From Eledone cirrhosa (lineage: Eukaryota): DNA of 64,000 nucleotides. The notes under the pieces were generated by a model. That model did no database searches. It saw only the letters and a list, made by a program, of their open reading frames with translations, and was not told where the DNA came from. The stretch spans positions 6,076,001 to 6,140,000 of the forward strand of contig OZ024760.1 of NCBI GenBank assembly GCA_964016885.1. Direction: 5' to 3'. The translations under genes were made by a program, and so were the position numbers. The stretch's first letter is position 1; each line of letters opens with the position of its first letter. This document shows positions 13,941 through 26,820 of the stretch, piece after piece.

Positions 13941-14645
13941 TAGTCACATATTGTTGGTACTGTGATACTGGTATGGTGGGATATAGTCACATATTGTTGG
14001 TACTGTGATACTGGTATGGTGGGATATAGTCACATATTGTTGGTACTGTGATACTGGTATGGTGGGATATAGTCACATATTGTTGGTACTGTGATACTGG
14101 TATGGTGGGATATAGTCACATATTGTTGGTACTGTGATACTGGTATGGTGGGATATAGTCACATATTGTTGGTACTGTGATACTGGTATGGTGGGATATA
14201 GTCACATATTGTTGGTACTGTGATACTGGTATGGTGGGATATAGTCACATATTGTTGGTACTGTGATACTGGTATGGTGGGATATAGTCACATATTGTTG
14301 GTACTGTGATACTGGTATGGTGGGATATAGTCACATATTGTTGGTACTGTGATACTGGGATGGTGGGATATAGTCACATATTGTTGGTACTGTGATACTG
14401 GTATGGTGGGATATAGTCACATATTGTTGGTACTGTGATACTGGTATGGTGGGATATAGTCACATATTGTTGGTACTGTGATACTGGTATGGTGGGATAT
14501 AGTCACATATTGTTGGTACTGTGATACTGGTATGGTGGGATATAGTCACATAGTGTTGGTACTGTGATACTGGTATGGTGGGATATAGTCACATAGTGTT
14601 GGTACTGTGATACTGGTATGGTGGGATATAGTCACCTATTGTTGG
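13941..14645. repeat. 43-bp minisatellite, ~16 copies (array 2, same unit and orientation)
   Basis: Same unit as 12153-12843. Confidence 0.95.
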
Positions 14646-14859
14646 GGACCAGAACACGAAGATGGTAGGTAGGGTTCAAAGTGCAAACAATGTAGCAAGG
14701 ATTCTTCATAAATTGAATCTTTTGACTTTTGCGAAGTGTGAAGCCATTAATTAAGTGAGGTGTTACTTATGAAACATTAAGCTTCAAGATGGGGAATATT
14801 GTGCATCTCAGCAGAATGTTGCTTTATTGGGAAAATTGGTTGTATGAAGTATGGTTGGC

Positions 14860-16035
14860 ACCTTGGAATAAGAGAGATAGAGATAGTAGCGAGGGATAGA
14901 GAGAGGAGGGGCATGGGGTGTTGATGTGGAAGAGGGAGGGGTCTGAAGTGGGGGAGAGAGGGGTGTTGATGTGGAGGAGAGGGAGGAGTGATGTGGAGGA
15001 GGGGGGAGTGATGTGGAGGAGAGGGGGGAGTGATATGGAGGAGAGGGGGGGTGATGTTGAACAGAGGGCAGGGAGAGGGGTGTTGATGTGGAAGAGAAGG
15101 GGAGAGAGAGTGGGGTGTTGATGTGGGTGGAAGAGAGAGGAGGAGGGAGAGAGAGATATGGAGATAAAGAAGAGGACATTAAAGGGGATAGAGAGAGAGG
15201 GAGAGGTGGAGGGGGTTGAAGAGGTGGGAGAGAGAGAGAGAGATGAGGAAGGAAGGGAGAGAGAGATGTGGAGATCTGGATAACATATTAGCACCTTGAA
15301 ATAAGAGAGAGAGAGAGAGATATGAGTAAGAGATAGCGAGGAAGAGGGCAGGGCTGAGGTGGGAGAGGGAGAGGGAGGAAGGGAGAAGGGGGCTGAAATG
15401 GAAGAGAGAGGGGTAGGGGGAGAGAGAGATATGGAGATATAGAAGAGGACAGGATAGGGGACAGATAGGTGAGGATGGGAGGGAGGGAGGGATATTTGGA
15501 GATGAAGATAGCATATTAACACCTTGAAATAGCTTGAGATAGGAGGGAGAGAGATAAAGGGGACATAGATAGGCTGGAGAGAGAGAGAGAGGGGACTATG
15601 GTGGAGAGGGTATGATAGAAAGATTAAGAGGGAGAGAGATATAGAGATAGATAAAGACAGATATAGGAGGGAGGAGAGAGTGAAGGACAGGGAGAAAGAG
15701 ACAAAGAGAGAGAGAGAGGGAGAGGACAGAGAGAAACATTAAAATGGAGAGTAAGGAAAGAAAGATATATATATAGAGAGAGGTGGAGAGAGAGGTGGAG
15801 AGTGAGAGAAAGAGAGAGAGAGCGAAGTGGAGAGTGAGAGTGAGAGAGAGAGGTGGAGAGTGAGAGAGAGAGAGAGAGAGGTGGAGAGTGAGAGAAAGAG
15901 AGAGGTGGAGAGTGAGAGAAAGAGGTGGAGAGTGAGAGAGAGAGAGGTGGAGAGTGAGAGAAAGAGGTAGAGAGAGGTGGAGAGTGAGAGAAAGAGGTAG
16001 AGAGAGGTGGAGAGTGAGAGAAAGAGGTAGAGATA
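14860..16035. repeat. Purine-rich (GA/GGA) low-complexity tract with short internal repeats
   Basis: Recurrent ggggtgttgatgtggaagaga, agaggtggagagtgagagaa and catattagcaccttgaaata. Confidence 0.85.
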
Positions 16036-16440
16036 TGGAAGTTTATATATTGTTATGAGGTGACATGTCAATAATCTAACTCTATGAAATTTATGCTTAC
16101 CGAAAATTTAATTCCATTAGAAGAGGTGATAATTTGATTAGGTGAGATTTTCCAAATTTCACATTGGGCTTTCTCTTACAGACAACCACCAAGAATATAT
16201 TAAAGATTCCCTCGAAATAATTAGTTTTATAAAATTAGAAATGAGAAATTTGGAAATTTCTGAAAAGCTGGCATGTCATCAAGTGCATAATTTTGAAATG
16301 ATTTTATTAAATAATTAATTATATCTGTTTTATAGTGAAGTTTCTATTGATTAACGACTTAGGAACACGGTGACCTGTAGATTTTTGTGGGGTTTTTTTT
16401 CTTTCAGTTTTTAATGTTTATTTTTGTATTCTTTCGTTCC

Positions 16441-17100
16441 AAGCAAGGCCACTAAAATTTAAGGGGTTACTGTGAAGGGAGAAGGACAAGACAGAGAGAA
16501 CATAATCCCAAGCAAGGCAATAAAGCCACTAAAATTTAAGGGGTTACTGTGAAGGGAGAAGGACAAGACAGAGAGAACATAATCCCAAGTAAGGCAATAA
16601 AGCCACTAAAATGTAAGAGGTGGAAGGACAAGGCAGAGAGAATATATTCCCAAGTAAGGCAATAAAGCCACTAAAATGTAAGGGTTACTGAGAAGGGAGA
16701 AGGACAAGACAGAGAGAACATAATCCCAAGCAAGGCAATAAAGCCACTAAAATGCAAGGGGTTACTGAGAAGGGAGAAGGACAATGCAGAGAGAATATAT
16801 TCCCAAGTAAGGCAATAAAGCCACTAAAATGTAAGGGGTTACTGAGAAGGGAGAAGGACAAGACAGAGAATATATTCCCAAGCAAGGCAATAAAGCCACT
16901 AAAATGTAAGGGGTTACTGAGAAGGGAGAAGGACAAGACAGAGAGAACATAATCCCAAGTAAGGCAATAAAGCCACTAAAATGTAAGGGGTTACTGAGAA
17001 GGGAGAAAGACAAGACAGAGAGAATATAATCCCAAGTAAGGCAATAAAGCCACTAAAATGTAAGGGGTTACTGAGAAGGGAGAAGGACAAGACAGAATAT
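16441..17100. repeat. ~77-bp minisatellite, ~8-9 copies
   Basis: Unit aaggcaataaagccactaaaatgtaaggggttactgagaagggagaaggacaagacagagagaacataatcccaagt. Confidence 0.9.
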
Positions 17101-17409
17101 AATTCTGGTAGATGGAAGATGACAATTGATGTTGCTTTTAAATTTTTAAACTTAGAAAGCAGAGAACTCGAATGAACACTGCAATGCATTCTATCCAACA
17201 CTGCCAATTCATGACCTTTTATCAGATGCTAGTGGTCATATTTAAATTAAAACATTCCAACAGCTTTTCATGTAAGAAATCTTTGTTAAGCTGTGTTCTA
17301 AGAAACTTAATAATAGCAAAGTTAGTTATTTTCTTAAATAGTTTCAAGTTCTGAATTATTTTTAAAATTAATCAAAACACTTGAACATTCTATTAACTTT
17401 TACATCAGG

Positions 17410-17890
17410 TAATGATTTAGCAGAAAATATCTAAAAACAGGTTTTTAATTTGTTATTGTATTGTTGTGAAAGTTTTCATTATCTCTTAACATTTTGTAAT
17501 GATTTAGCAGAAAATGTCTAAAAACAAGTTTGTTAATTCAAATATTTATAGTATCTTTACTGGTGGACAGATTGTTGTGAACATTTGTAGTATTATCTCT
17601 TAACATTTTGTAATGATGTAGCAGAAAATGTCTAAAAACAGGTTTGTTAATTCAAATATTTATAGTCTGGACAGATTGTTGTGGAAATTTGTAGTATTAT
17701 CTCTTAATATTCTGAAAGGGTTTAACAGAAAATATCTAAATACAAGTTTGTAATTTAAATCCTTATAGTATCTTTGTTAATGGACAGATTGATGTGAAAA
17801 TTTGTAGTAATATCTCTTAACATCCTGTAATGATTTAGCAGAAAATATCTAAAATAAACACAGGTTTGTTAATTCAAATTTTTATAGTAT
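17410..17890. repeat. Degenerate ~110-120-bp tandem repeat, ~5 copies
   Basis: Recurrent taatgatttagcagaaaatatctaaaaacaggtttgttaattcaaat...attatctcttaaca. Confidence 0.8.
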
Positions 17891-18068
17891 CTCATTTGTT
17901 TGTTTAGTATGTCTTAGTATGTCTTAGTAAAGATAGTTGCATAACTAGCTGCTGAGTGGCAGGGCATCTGTCTATGCAGAATTTAAACAAATATTACCAC
18001 CTGCACCAAATACAAAGAGAAGGGACAATAATTCATACACACACACACACTTGCACATACAGCATATA

Positions 18069-18114
<46 letters not shown>

Positions 18115-18186
18115 GTAATAATAATAAATTCTTTGCTTAAACTTTAATCTGTTATTTTAATAAATATATATATTTATATATATATA

Positions 18187-18234
<48 letters not shown>

Positions 18235-18529
18235 ATGATAGGCTTCTGTACAGTTTCCATCTACCAATTCTACTCACATAGTAGCTTGAGGATATAGTAT
18301 GCCATATCACACTTATATTTTAATTAGAAAGTATATTAATCAACCCAAGGTAGAAGACACCTGCCCAAGGTGGTACGACAGTGGGGATTGAACCAAAAAG
18401 CAGGGTGTTTACAGAGTAAACATCTTAACTATACAGCCGAACCTGCACCTACACCTATGCCAAACCTGCACTTCTATTATACTATACTTGCAGCTATATT
18501 TTAATTAGGGAGTAAAACTCACATGTAGA

Positions 18530-19050
18530 GTGCATTGTGCAGGCTTCCATGAAAAGAGTGTGTAACTTAGAGATCAGAGAGTTGCTCCAGGTAGAGCTGC
18601 TACCTCCCCGAATTGAGATATCATATTACAGACATGTGGTTAGAATGGCTCGGCAAAGAATCGCTGGGCAGGACCAACTGGCAGGAGACCCGGGGTTAGA
18701 CCTTGGGTCTTTGGAGTAAACATTACTCGATAGAGTGCATAGCTCAGAAATCAGGAAGTCACTCCAGGTAGAGCTGCCACTTTTCCAAATTGAGAGAACA
18801 CAGATCTGATATGGACATGATGTTAGAATATCTCAGAAAAGAAGCGCTGGACAGATTGTACAAGCAAAAACTAACCAGCAGAAGACCGAGGGGTAGACCC
18901 CAAGCAATATGGTTGGATAACATCCATGAGCTAGTCTCACTTGGGGAACCAGCCAGATCATTTGGAGACAGTTGCTTCTGACAGAACCTGCTGGAAGGAG
19001 TATTTGAGGACCCCCACAACCCTCTCAGGAATAAGGGGGTAAAGAAGGAG
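18530..19050 (+). pseudogene. Decayed 3' end of an Expander/Rex3-like RTE LINE (partly duplicated)
   Basis: Translates as EIRELLQVELLPPRIE...HVVRMARQRIAGQ and RRPRGRPQAIWLDNIHEL, like RTE C-termini. Related pieces lie at ~27960-28180 (+), ~36770-36965 (-) and 47150-48050 (-). Confidence 0.65.
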
Positions 19051-19304
19051 AAGTGTGAAACTTAGATACTAACGAAAGATCCCCTGAAGAGATTAAAGAT
19101 AAGGGTAATAATCTGAATTCTGTGGTACTACACACTTGGGCTTGAACTGAAGACTAGGTGGGTGCAAAGCAAACTTGTTAACCACACAGCCATGTCTGTA
19201 CTTATGTGGTCGCTATAACTATGCCAATCTTACACCTACCTGTGTTTTAATTAGAACATATATTAATTGTGCACACCATACTTACACTGTGAACAAGATA
19301 TATC

Positions 19305-20135
19305 CAACCCACACTGTAAGGTGGTTGTGTAGGTGTCATGACAAAAAACACCCAGCCCACACTGTAAAGTGGTTGTGTAGGTGTCACGACTAAAAGCACC
19401 CAGCCCACACTGTAAAGTGGTTGTGTGGGTGTCACGACAAAAAGCACCCAGTCCCCACTGTAAAATGGTCGTGTGGTTGTCACGACTAAAAGCACCCAGC
19501 CCACACTGTAAAGTGGCCGTGTGGGTGTCACGACTAAAAGCACCCAGTCCCCACTGTAAAATGGTTGTGTGGGTGTCACGACTAAAAGCACCCAGCCCAC
19601 ACTGTAAAGTGGTTGTGTGGGTGTCACGACTAAAAGCACCCAGCCCACACTGTAAAGTGGTTGTGTGGGTGTCACGACTAAAAGCACCCAGCCCACACTG
19701 TAAAGTGGTTGTGTGGGTGTCACGACTAAAAGCACCCAGCCCACACTGTAAAGTGGTTGTGTGGGTGTCACGACTAAAAGCACCCAGCCCACACTGTAAA
19801 GTGGTTGTGTGGGTGTCACGACTAAAAGCACTCAGTCCACACTGTAAAGTGGTTGTGTGGGTGTCATGACTAAAAGCACTCAGCCCACACTGTAAAGTGG
19901 TTGTGTGGGTGTCACGACTAAAAGCACCCAGCCCACACTGTAAAGTGGTCGTGTGGGTGTCATGACTAAAAGCACCCAGCCCACACTGTAAAGTGGTTGT
20001 GTGGGTGTCACGACTAAAAGCACTCTGCCCACACTGTAAAGTGGTTGTGTGGGTGTCATGACTAAAAGCACCCAGCCCACACTGTAAAGTGGTTGTGTGG
20101 GTGTCACGACTAAAAGCACCCAGCCCACACTGTAA
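19305..20135 (+). repeat. 48-bp minisatellite, ~17 copies, followed by a retroposon tail ending in (ATG)n at ~20277
   Basis: Unit cacccagcccacactgtaaagtggttgtgtgggtgtcacgactaaaag, the same module found in the SINE at 3765-3860. Confidence 0.95.
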
Positions 20136-20796
20136 AAGTTGTTGGCAGCCAGCCATAGAAACCTAGGCAGAAAAGTCTTATATGAGTAAGACTTACCTCA
20201 AATGGGACAACTCGTCTAACCCATGCTAGCGTGGAAAACAGACGTTAAACAATGATGATGATGATGATGATGATGATGTGATAGTAGGTGACACCTACTT
20301 AAGATCGAACTGGAAACCTGGTGGGTGCAAAAGAAACTCATTAAGCACACAGCCAGACCTACACCTACCTATATTTTAATTAGGAAGTAAAAATCAGATG
20401 TTAACGAAAAGATCCCCCTAAAGATATTTTGTTAGCTTTAATAGCTGAAAGACAAGGATTATAATGTGAAAGACTGCAACAATAGGATGTTGAGATGTAG
20501 CTCCTGAATGTTATTATATTCTCACCTCATGCTTGAGTGGTTGGTAGCAAGACAGAAGAAAGAACCTTCAGATATTATATAAAGAGGATATTTTAATTAA
20601 CGAAATACTGAACCAGTCTTTTAATGAGTCTTTGTTAATCAATACATGTTATTAAACTGACCTTAAGTTTAGAGCATTTCAACTAATTATAACCAGCTTT
20701 AGGTGTTCTTAATGGAGTTATTAAAAGGAGCAAGGAGCAGGATTTGAAATGCAAGCAAGCTTTATGAATTAACTGAACTCTTTATCACACACAAAT

Positions 20797-21970
20797 GGTG
20801 GTGGTGGTGATGGTGGTGGTTGGTGATGGTAGTGGTTGTGGTTGGTAGTGGTAGTGGTTTAAGTGTTGGTCTGTGATGGTAGTGGTTGTGGTGGTTTAGG
20901 TGGTAGTAGTGGTTTAGGTGGTGATAGTAGTGGTGGTGGTTGGTAGTGGTAGTGGCTTAAGTGGTGGTTGGTGATGGTAGTGGTTGTGGTGGTTTAGGTG
21001 GCGGTTGTGATGGTAGTAGTTGGTAGTGATGGTGGTGGTGGTGGTGATAGTAGTAGTTGGTAGTGATGGTGGTGGTGGTGGTGGTGGTGGTGGTGGGTGT
21101 TGGTGGTAGTGGTGGTGGTGGTTGTGGTGGTTTAGGTGGTGATAGTAGTGGTGGTGGTTGGTAGTGGTAGTGGCTTAAGTGGTGGTTGGTGATGGTAGTG
21201 GTTGTGGTGGTGGTTGGTAGTGGTAGTGGTTTAAGTGGTGGTCTGTGATGGTAGTGGTTGTGGTGGTTTAGGTGGTAGTAGTGGTTTCGGTGGTGATGGT
21301 AGTGGTGGTGGTTGGTAGTGGTAGTGGCTTAAGTGGTGGTTGGTGGTTTAGGTGGCGGTAGTGATGGTAGTAGTTGGTAGTGATGGTGGTGGTGGTGGTG
21401 ATAATAGCAGTTGGTGGTGGTGGTGTTTGGTGATGGTAGTAGTTGGTAGTGATGGTGGTGGTGGTGGTATTTGGTGATGGTAGTAGTTGGTAGTGATGGT
21501 GGTGGTGGTGGTGATAGTAGTAGTTGGTGGTGGTGGTGGTGGTGGTGGTGATAGTAGCAGTTGGTGGTGGTGGTGGTGGTGGTGGTGATAGTAGCAGTTG
21601 GTGGTGGTGGTGTTTGGTGATGGTAGTAGTTGGTAGTGATGGTGGTGGTGGTGGTGGTGGGTGTTGGTGGTGGTGGTGTTTGGTGATGGTAGTAGTTGGT
21701 GGTAGTGATGGTGGTGGTGGTGGTGGGTGTTGGTGGTGGTGGTGGTGTTTGGTGATGGTAGTAGTTGGTAGTGATGGTGGTGGTGGTGGTGGTGGTGGGT
21801 GTTGGTGGTGGTGGTGTTTGGTGATGGTAGTAGTTGGTAGTGGTGGTGGTGGGTGTTGGTGGTGGTGGTGTTTGGTGATGGTAGTAGTTGGTGGTGGTGG
21901 TGGTGGTGGGTGGTGGTAGTGGTGGTGGTGGTGATGGTAGTAGTTGGTAGTGATGGTGGTGGTGGTGGTA
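20797..21970. repeat. (GGT/AGT)n-based compound repeat
   Basis: Read directly. Confidence 0.9.
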
Positions 21971-22539
21971 GTCGAAATGTTATTTCAATAAAATCTTTGA
22001 ACTGCGATGTTTCAACTGAAAGCAAACTTTCATTTACAAATGTTGGATTGGCTTTTAAACACAGCAATATATTATATTATATTTGTTCTGTATCACATAC
22101 TAGTGTGCTGTAGTTGTAATAATGGCGTGAGATTGGTGGTGGAGTGGGTGAAGGGAGGGCTGGAGTAGGTTGGTTGGGGCGGGGGAGAGAAAATAAATAG
22201 TGTAAAACTTTTAATAAGATATTAATTTTACAGTTAAATCCGTGTTAACTCTTCCAATGCAGTGAGGATTTAAAAGTGAGCTAGAAATAACTTTATGTGG
22301 TGAGGCAGAAAGACAGACAGACAGACTGACTGATATATATATATTCAAAATAATGGGCACACAAGACAAAGGCAACAGAAAAAACAACAGAAAGACGGAC
22401 ACACATACTTACATATATATATATATGTATAAAACTATGGATTATATACAAGTTTCTACATAACCTGGAAATTATTTACCCCAAATTGTAGAAATCTTAT
22501 AACGAAACGGCCGTCTGGAAGGAAAGAGATATTTATTTA

Positions 22540-22730
22540 ATAATTGTTTCTACTTTAGGCACAAGGCCAGCAATTACCCAGTGCATTACTGGTACTTTAT
22601 TTTATCGACCCCGTAAGGATGAAAGGCAAAGTCAACCTCGGTGGGATTTGAACTCATATCGTAAAGGGACATAACTATGCTGGAAAGCATGGCGTCCGAC
22701 CCTCTACCGATACTGTCAAACCACCGGCCT
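22540..22730 (-). mobile_element. Meta-like tRNA-derived SINE (representative dispersed copy)
   Basis: Same family as 29335-30285. Further copies at ~23755-23975(-), 24345-24535(-), 27630-27822(+), 28705-28912(+), 32210-32428(-), 33940-34072(-), 35741-36037(+, two), 36571-36734(-), 44338-44493(+) and 44735-44950(-). Confidence 0.8.
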
Positions 22731-22910
22731 TTTTATATTTATTTAATAATGTCTCATATAAAATAATACAACCAATTATCCACAAAATACTGATTAGTTA
22801 GCACCCCAAACACTAAATTGGGATAATACTTAGGTATATCCTAATGTTTGTTGAGTGAGATGGAGTTGGTCGGAGTATCGCTTAAGGCTTTCTTTGTTTA
22901 TGTATTGTAT

Positions 22911-23280
22911 ATCATCATCACCGTTTTACGTCCGTTCTTCCACGCTAGCATGGGTTAGACGGGTTGTCCTGTTGTGGGCAGTGTCTGGTCGGCTGACCAT
23001 GCCTTGCTCATACAGGAACTGATCTGGCTTGATTTCTACAGCTGGATACCCTTCCTAACACCAACCTCATTTACAGTGAGTGCTGGGTGCTTTTTCGTGG
23101 CGCCTACACGTCCACTTTACAGTGTGGGCTGGGTGCTTTTTTGCCGTGGCACCTCCACGACCACCTTGTGGTGGGGGGTGTGGGGGCATATTGTTTATAT
23201 GCTTCAGCTTGTACCCATGGGAGGTCGGGTACTCTGTATTACTGCGTGACGCCAGAAGTCACGGTCATGTGTCATTGTCT
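22911..23280 (-). mobile_element. RTE LINE 3' end (family C) with 3' UTR holding two 48-bp modules
   Basis: Minus strand encodes TMTHDRDFWRHAVIQSTRPPMGTS*, then a UTR and (ATG)n tail. Homologous to 62365-62600. Confidence 0.7.
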
Positions 23281-23306
23281 TATATATATATATATATATA
23301 TATATA

Positions 23307-23550
23307 TCATCATCTTTTACGTCTGCTTTTCCCTGCTTGCAAGGGTGGGACGGGTCATTTTCAGCACAGCATCTCTCCATTCGCCACGGCCCTGCTTCAG
23401 CAATCTGAGGTCAGCTCTCGCCACCTCCACCCATGATTTTCGTGGTCTTCCTCTACTTTGTCTTCCGTCCACTGGGATTTCTTGGCACTTCTTTACCCAG
23501 CGGTCACCCTCCATGTGTTTCACATGTCCATACCAACGCAGTAACCAGAG
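23307..23550 (-). pseudogene. RTE LINE 3' fragment (family A, as 50516-52005)
   Basis: [37 protein letters not shown]...[10 protein letters not shown] followed by a (ATG)n-like tail. Confidence 0.85.
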
Positions 23551-23986
23551 TAAGTAAGGTACATCCAAGGCTTGGGCGCCGTGCTATCCGCCCACAACCA
23601 AAATTACACTTGCATCTCATAACAACAATACGGCACAATTATTTCACCTCAATTGGTCCTGCTCTCTCTAACATCACAGCAAAACACTATTAAGTTAGAC
23701 ACGACCTGGGCCAATACTGGCCGAAACCTATCAAAGTTAAAGTTAAAATTGTTAAATAATTGTTTCTACTTGAAGTACAAGGCCAGCAATTTGAAGGAGA
23801 GGGTAAGTCAATTAATTTGACTCCAGTGCATTACTGGTACTTTTATTTTATCGATCCTGTAAGGATGAAAGATAAAGCTAACCTTGGCAGGATTTAAACT
23901 CAGTACGTAAAGAGACATAACTATATACCGCAAAGCATTATTGCCTGACGCTCTACCGAGACTGCCAATCCACCAATGTTTGTAAT

Positions 23987-24214
23987 TTAACCCTTTAATG
24001 TTCAAACCGGCCAAAACCGGCCAGAATTCTCTACCTCATTTTGTTGAAACTGGCTGTAACTGGTCGCTCAAACTGATGTTAAGGTATTGTTCTGAAAATA
24101 AATACTTTCAAAATCTCATAGATTCGATATTATGTGAGATAATTATGCGAGATAAAGCCTATACCATGAAAATATAATAGTATATATAGAGTAATGTGAA
24201 TGCTAAAGGGTTAA
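23987..24214 (+). mobile_element. piggyBac-type MITE (~220 bp)
   Basis: TTAA-ccctttaatgttca ... tgaatgctaaaggg-TTAA, i.e. TTAA duplication with CCC...GGG termini. Confidence 0.85.
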
Positions 24215-25210
24215 TATGAAATTTCTTAAATAAAATTATGATGGAAGGATTTATATATAAAAGTATAAACATTTTAAAATAAGCAGATTTGTAGTATCCT
24301 AAATCCAGGAGAAATTCCAGAGAATTTGGTATCGAAATTGTTAAATAATTGTTTCTAATTTTGGCACAAGGCCAGCAATTATCCCAGTGTATTACTGGTA
24401 CTTTATTTTATCGGCCCCGTAAGGATAAAAGGCAAAGTTAACCTCGGCGTGATTTGAACTCAGACCCTAAAAGGCCGTAACTCTTTGCTGCAAAGCATGG
24501 CATCTGACCCTCTACCAATACTGCCAATCCACTGCCCTTTGGTAATTTGATAGGACCATAATTTCTATTTATTTCTGAATAATTAAATATATAAGATACT
24601 GAACTAATATTTGTCTTTCTGTCTATGTTTGAATTTTGATATTTTAACAATAGGTTTCATTTTCAATCTAAATATTTGTTGGTACTTTGCAACAATGCTT
24701 TTAGATTTAATATATTGGTTTAAATTGGTGTTGGTGATGGTTGTGGTGGTAGTGGTGGTGATGGTGGTGGTGGTAGTGGTGGTGGTGGTGGTGGTGGTGT
24801 GTGTGTGTGTAGAGGTTGGGCTGGGCACAGGATCTATGGGAAGGAGGCGGAAACTTCTGGGCTGGAGGGGATGGAGTGGTGGTGTGGTGGAAAGGAATGA
24901 AGTGTCCGAGGAGGAGAGGGGGGGGACGATGGCGCAGACTGTTATGAAAGAGCAGTGAGAGGGGGAGTGGAGGGAGGGAAAAGGGTGTGGTGTTAACTGA
25001 AGGGGAGGAAGTGTGGAGGGGAAGGGTCGAAGGGGGAGGTGTGAGATGGAGAGGAAATGTTGAGGGAAGTGCATAGCAATTTGGTGGGGGAGGGAGAAAG
25101 AAGAGGAGTCGGAGTCGGTGGTGGTGGTGGGGATGTCATTGAAACTGGGCTGGAATTTTCCTTGTAGCTCTCTTAGCTGACAAATATTTCTCACTTAGAA
25201 CATATTTAGT

Positions 25211-26015
25211 ATGTCTTCTCACGTGTTCTGTCTTCTATATATGTTCTATCTCTTTTCATATGTTCTATATATATGGTCTTTATGTGTTTTGTATATGTTC
25301 TACCTCTTTTTATATGTTCTATATATATTTCATATGTTCTACGTGTTCTATATATGGTCTGCTTGTCTTCTATATAGGGTCTGCATGTGTTCTATATATG
25401 TTCTATTATATATGGTCTATATATGTTCTATATGTGTTCTATATATGTTTATATGGTCTATATATGTGTTCTATATATGTTCTATGTGTTCTATATGTGT
25501 TCTATATATGTTCTATAAATGGTCTATATGTGTTCTATATGTGTTCTATATATGTTCTATATATGGTCTAGATGTGTTCTATATGTGTTCTATATATGTT
25601 CTATATGTGTTCTATATGTGTTCTACATATGTTCTATATGTGTTCTATATGTGTTCTACATATGTTCTATATATGTTCTATATGTGTTCTATATATGTTC
25701 TATATATGGTCTATATGTGTTCTACATATGTTCTACATATGTTCTATATATGTTCTATATATGTTCTATATGTGTTCTATATGTGTTCTATATATGTTCT
25801 ATATATGTTCTATATGTGTTCTATATGTGTTCTATATATGTTCTATATATGTTCTATATGTGTTCTACATATGTTCTATATATGGTCTATATATGTTCTA
25901 TATGTGTTCTATATGTGTTCTACATATGTTCTATATATGGTCTATATATGTTCTATATGTGTTCTATATGTGTTCTACATATATTCTATATATGGTCTAT
26001 GTGTTCTATATGTTC
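25211..26015. repeat. 11-bp tandem repeat (tatatgttcta / tatgtgttcta / tatatggtcta)
   Basis: Read directly. Confidence 0.9.
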
Positions 26016-26307
26016 ACCATACTGTAGGAGTGCTACTATGGCCCCCGTCTCTTCAGTGTTGGTTATTAAAGTTTCTCTAATTACTGATTTTTGTTTAGGA
26101 ATTAAATTATATATATATATATATATATACACACACAAATGTGGGTGTATATGTATATATATATATTACATATATGTGAATGTGTGGGTGTATATATATG
26201 TACATATACGTAGGTGGGTGTGTATATGGGATCAACAGTAAACATTTTTTTCTGCTGTAAATTAAAATGAAGACAGGAAATTCCTTAAGTAAAATGTAAT
26301 TTGATCT

Positions 26308-26314
26308 AATACCA

Positions 26315-26368
<54 letters not shown>

Positions 26369-26369
26369 A

Positions 26370-26410
<41 letters not shown>

Positions 26411-26820
26411 GTACTACTACTACTACTACCACCACCAATACCACTACTACTACTACTACTACCACCACCAATACCACCACCACTACTGCTACTACTATTA
26501 CTACTACCACCAATACCACTACTACTGCTGCTACTACTACTACTACTACTACGACTACTACTACTACTACCACCACCAATACCACCACTACCACCACCAC
26601 CACTACTACTACCACCACCACCACTACCACCACCACCACCACCACCACCACCACCACCACCACCACTACTACTACTACTATTACTATTACTACTACCACC
26701 AATACCACCACCACTACTACTACTACTATTACTACTACCACCAATACCACCACCACCACCACCACCACTACTACTACTACTACCAATACCACTACCACCA
26801 CTACTACTATTATCACTATT
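26308..26820. repeat. (ACT/ACC)n trinucleotide repeat
   Basis: Read directly. Confidence 0.95.

Noticed and set aside
12153-14645. 43-bp arrays as CRISPR
   Set aside because: Units are contiguous with no unique spacers, there are no cas genes, and the context is eukaryotic.
19075-19130. Hammerhead-like CTGAAGA-gatta...taatc-TGAA
   Set aside because: The GAAA core is broken and stems I and III are not evident. At best it is a decayed relic. CTGANGA matches at ~26050, ~32970, ~44624, ~46216 and ~59708 also lack the stems.
19305-20135. 48-bp arrays (also 62565-64000) as CRISPR or as repeat-protein genes (ORFs up to 549 aa)
   Set aside because: There are no spacers. The unit length is a multiple of three, so several frames on both strands stay open trivially. 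The unit derives from a retroposon UTR.
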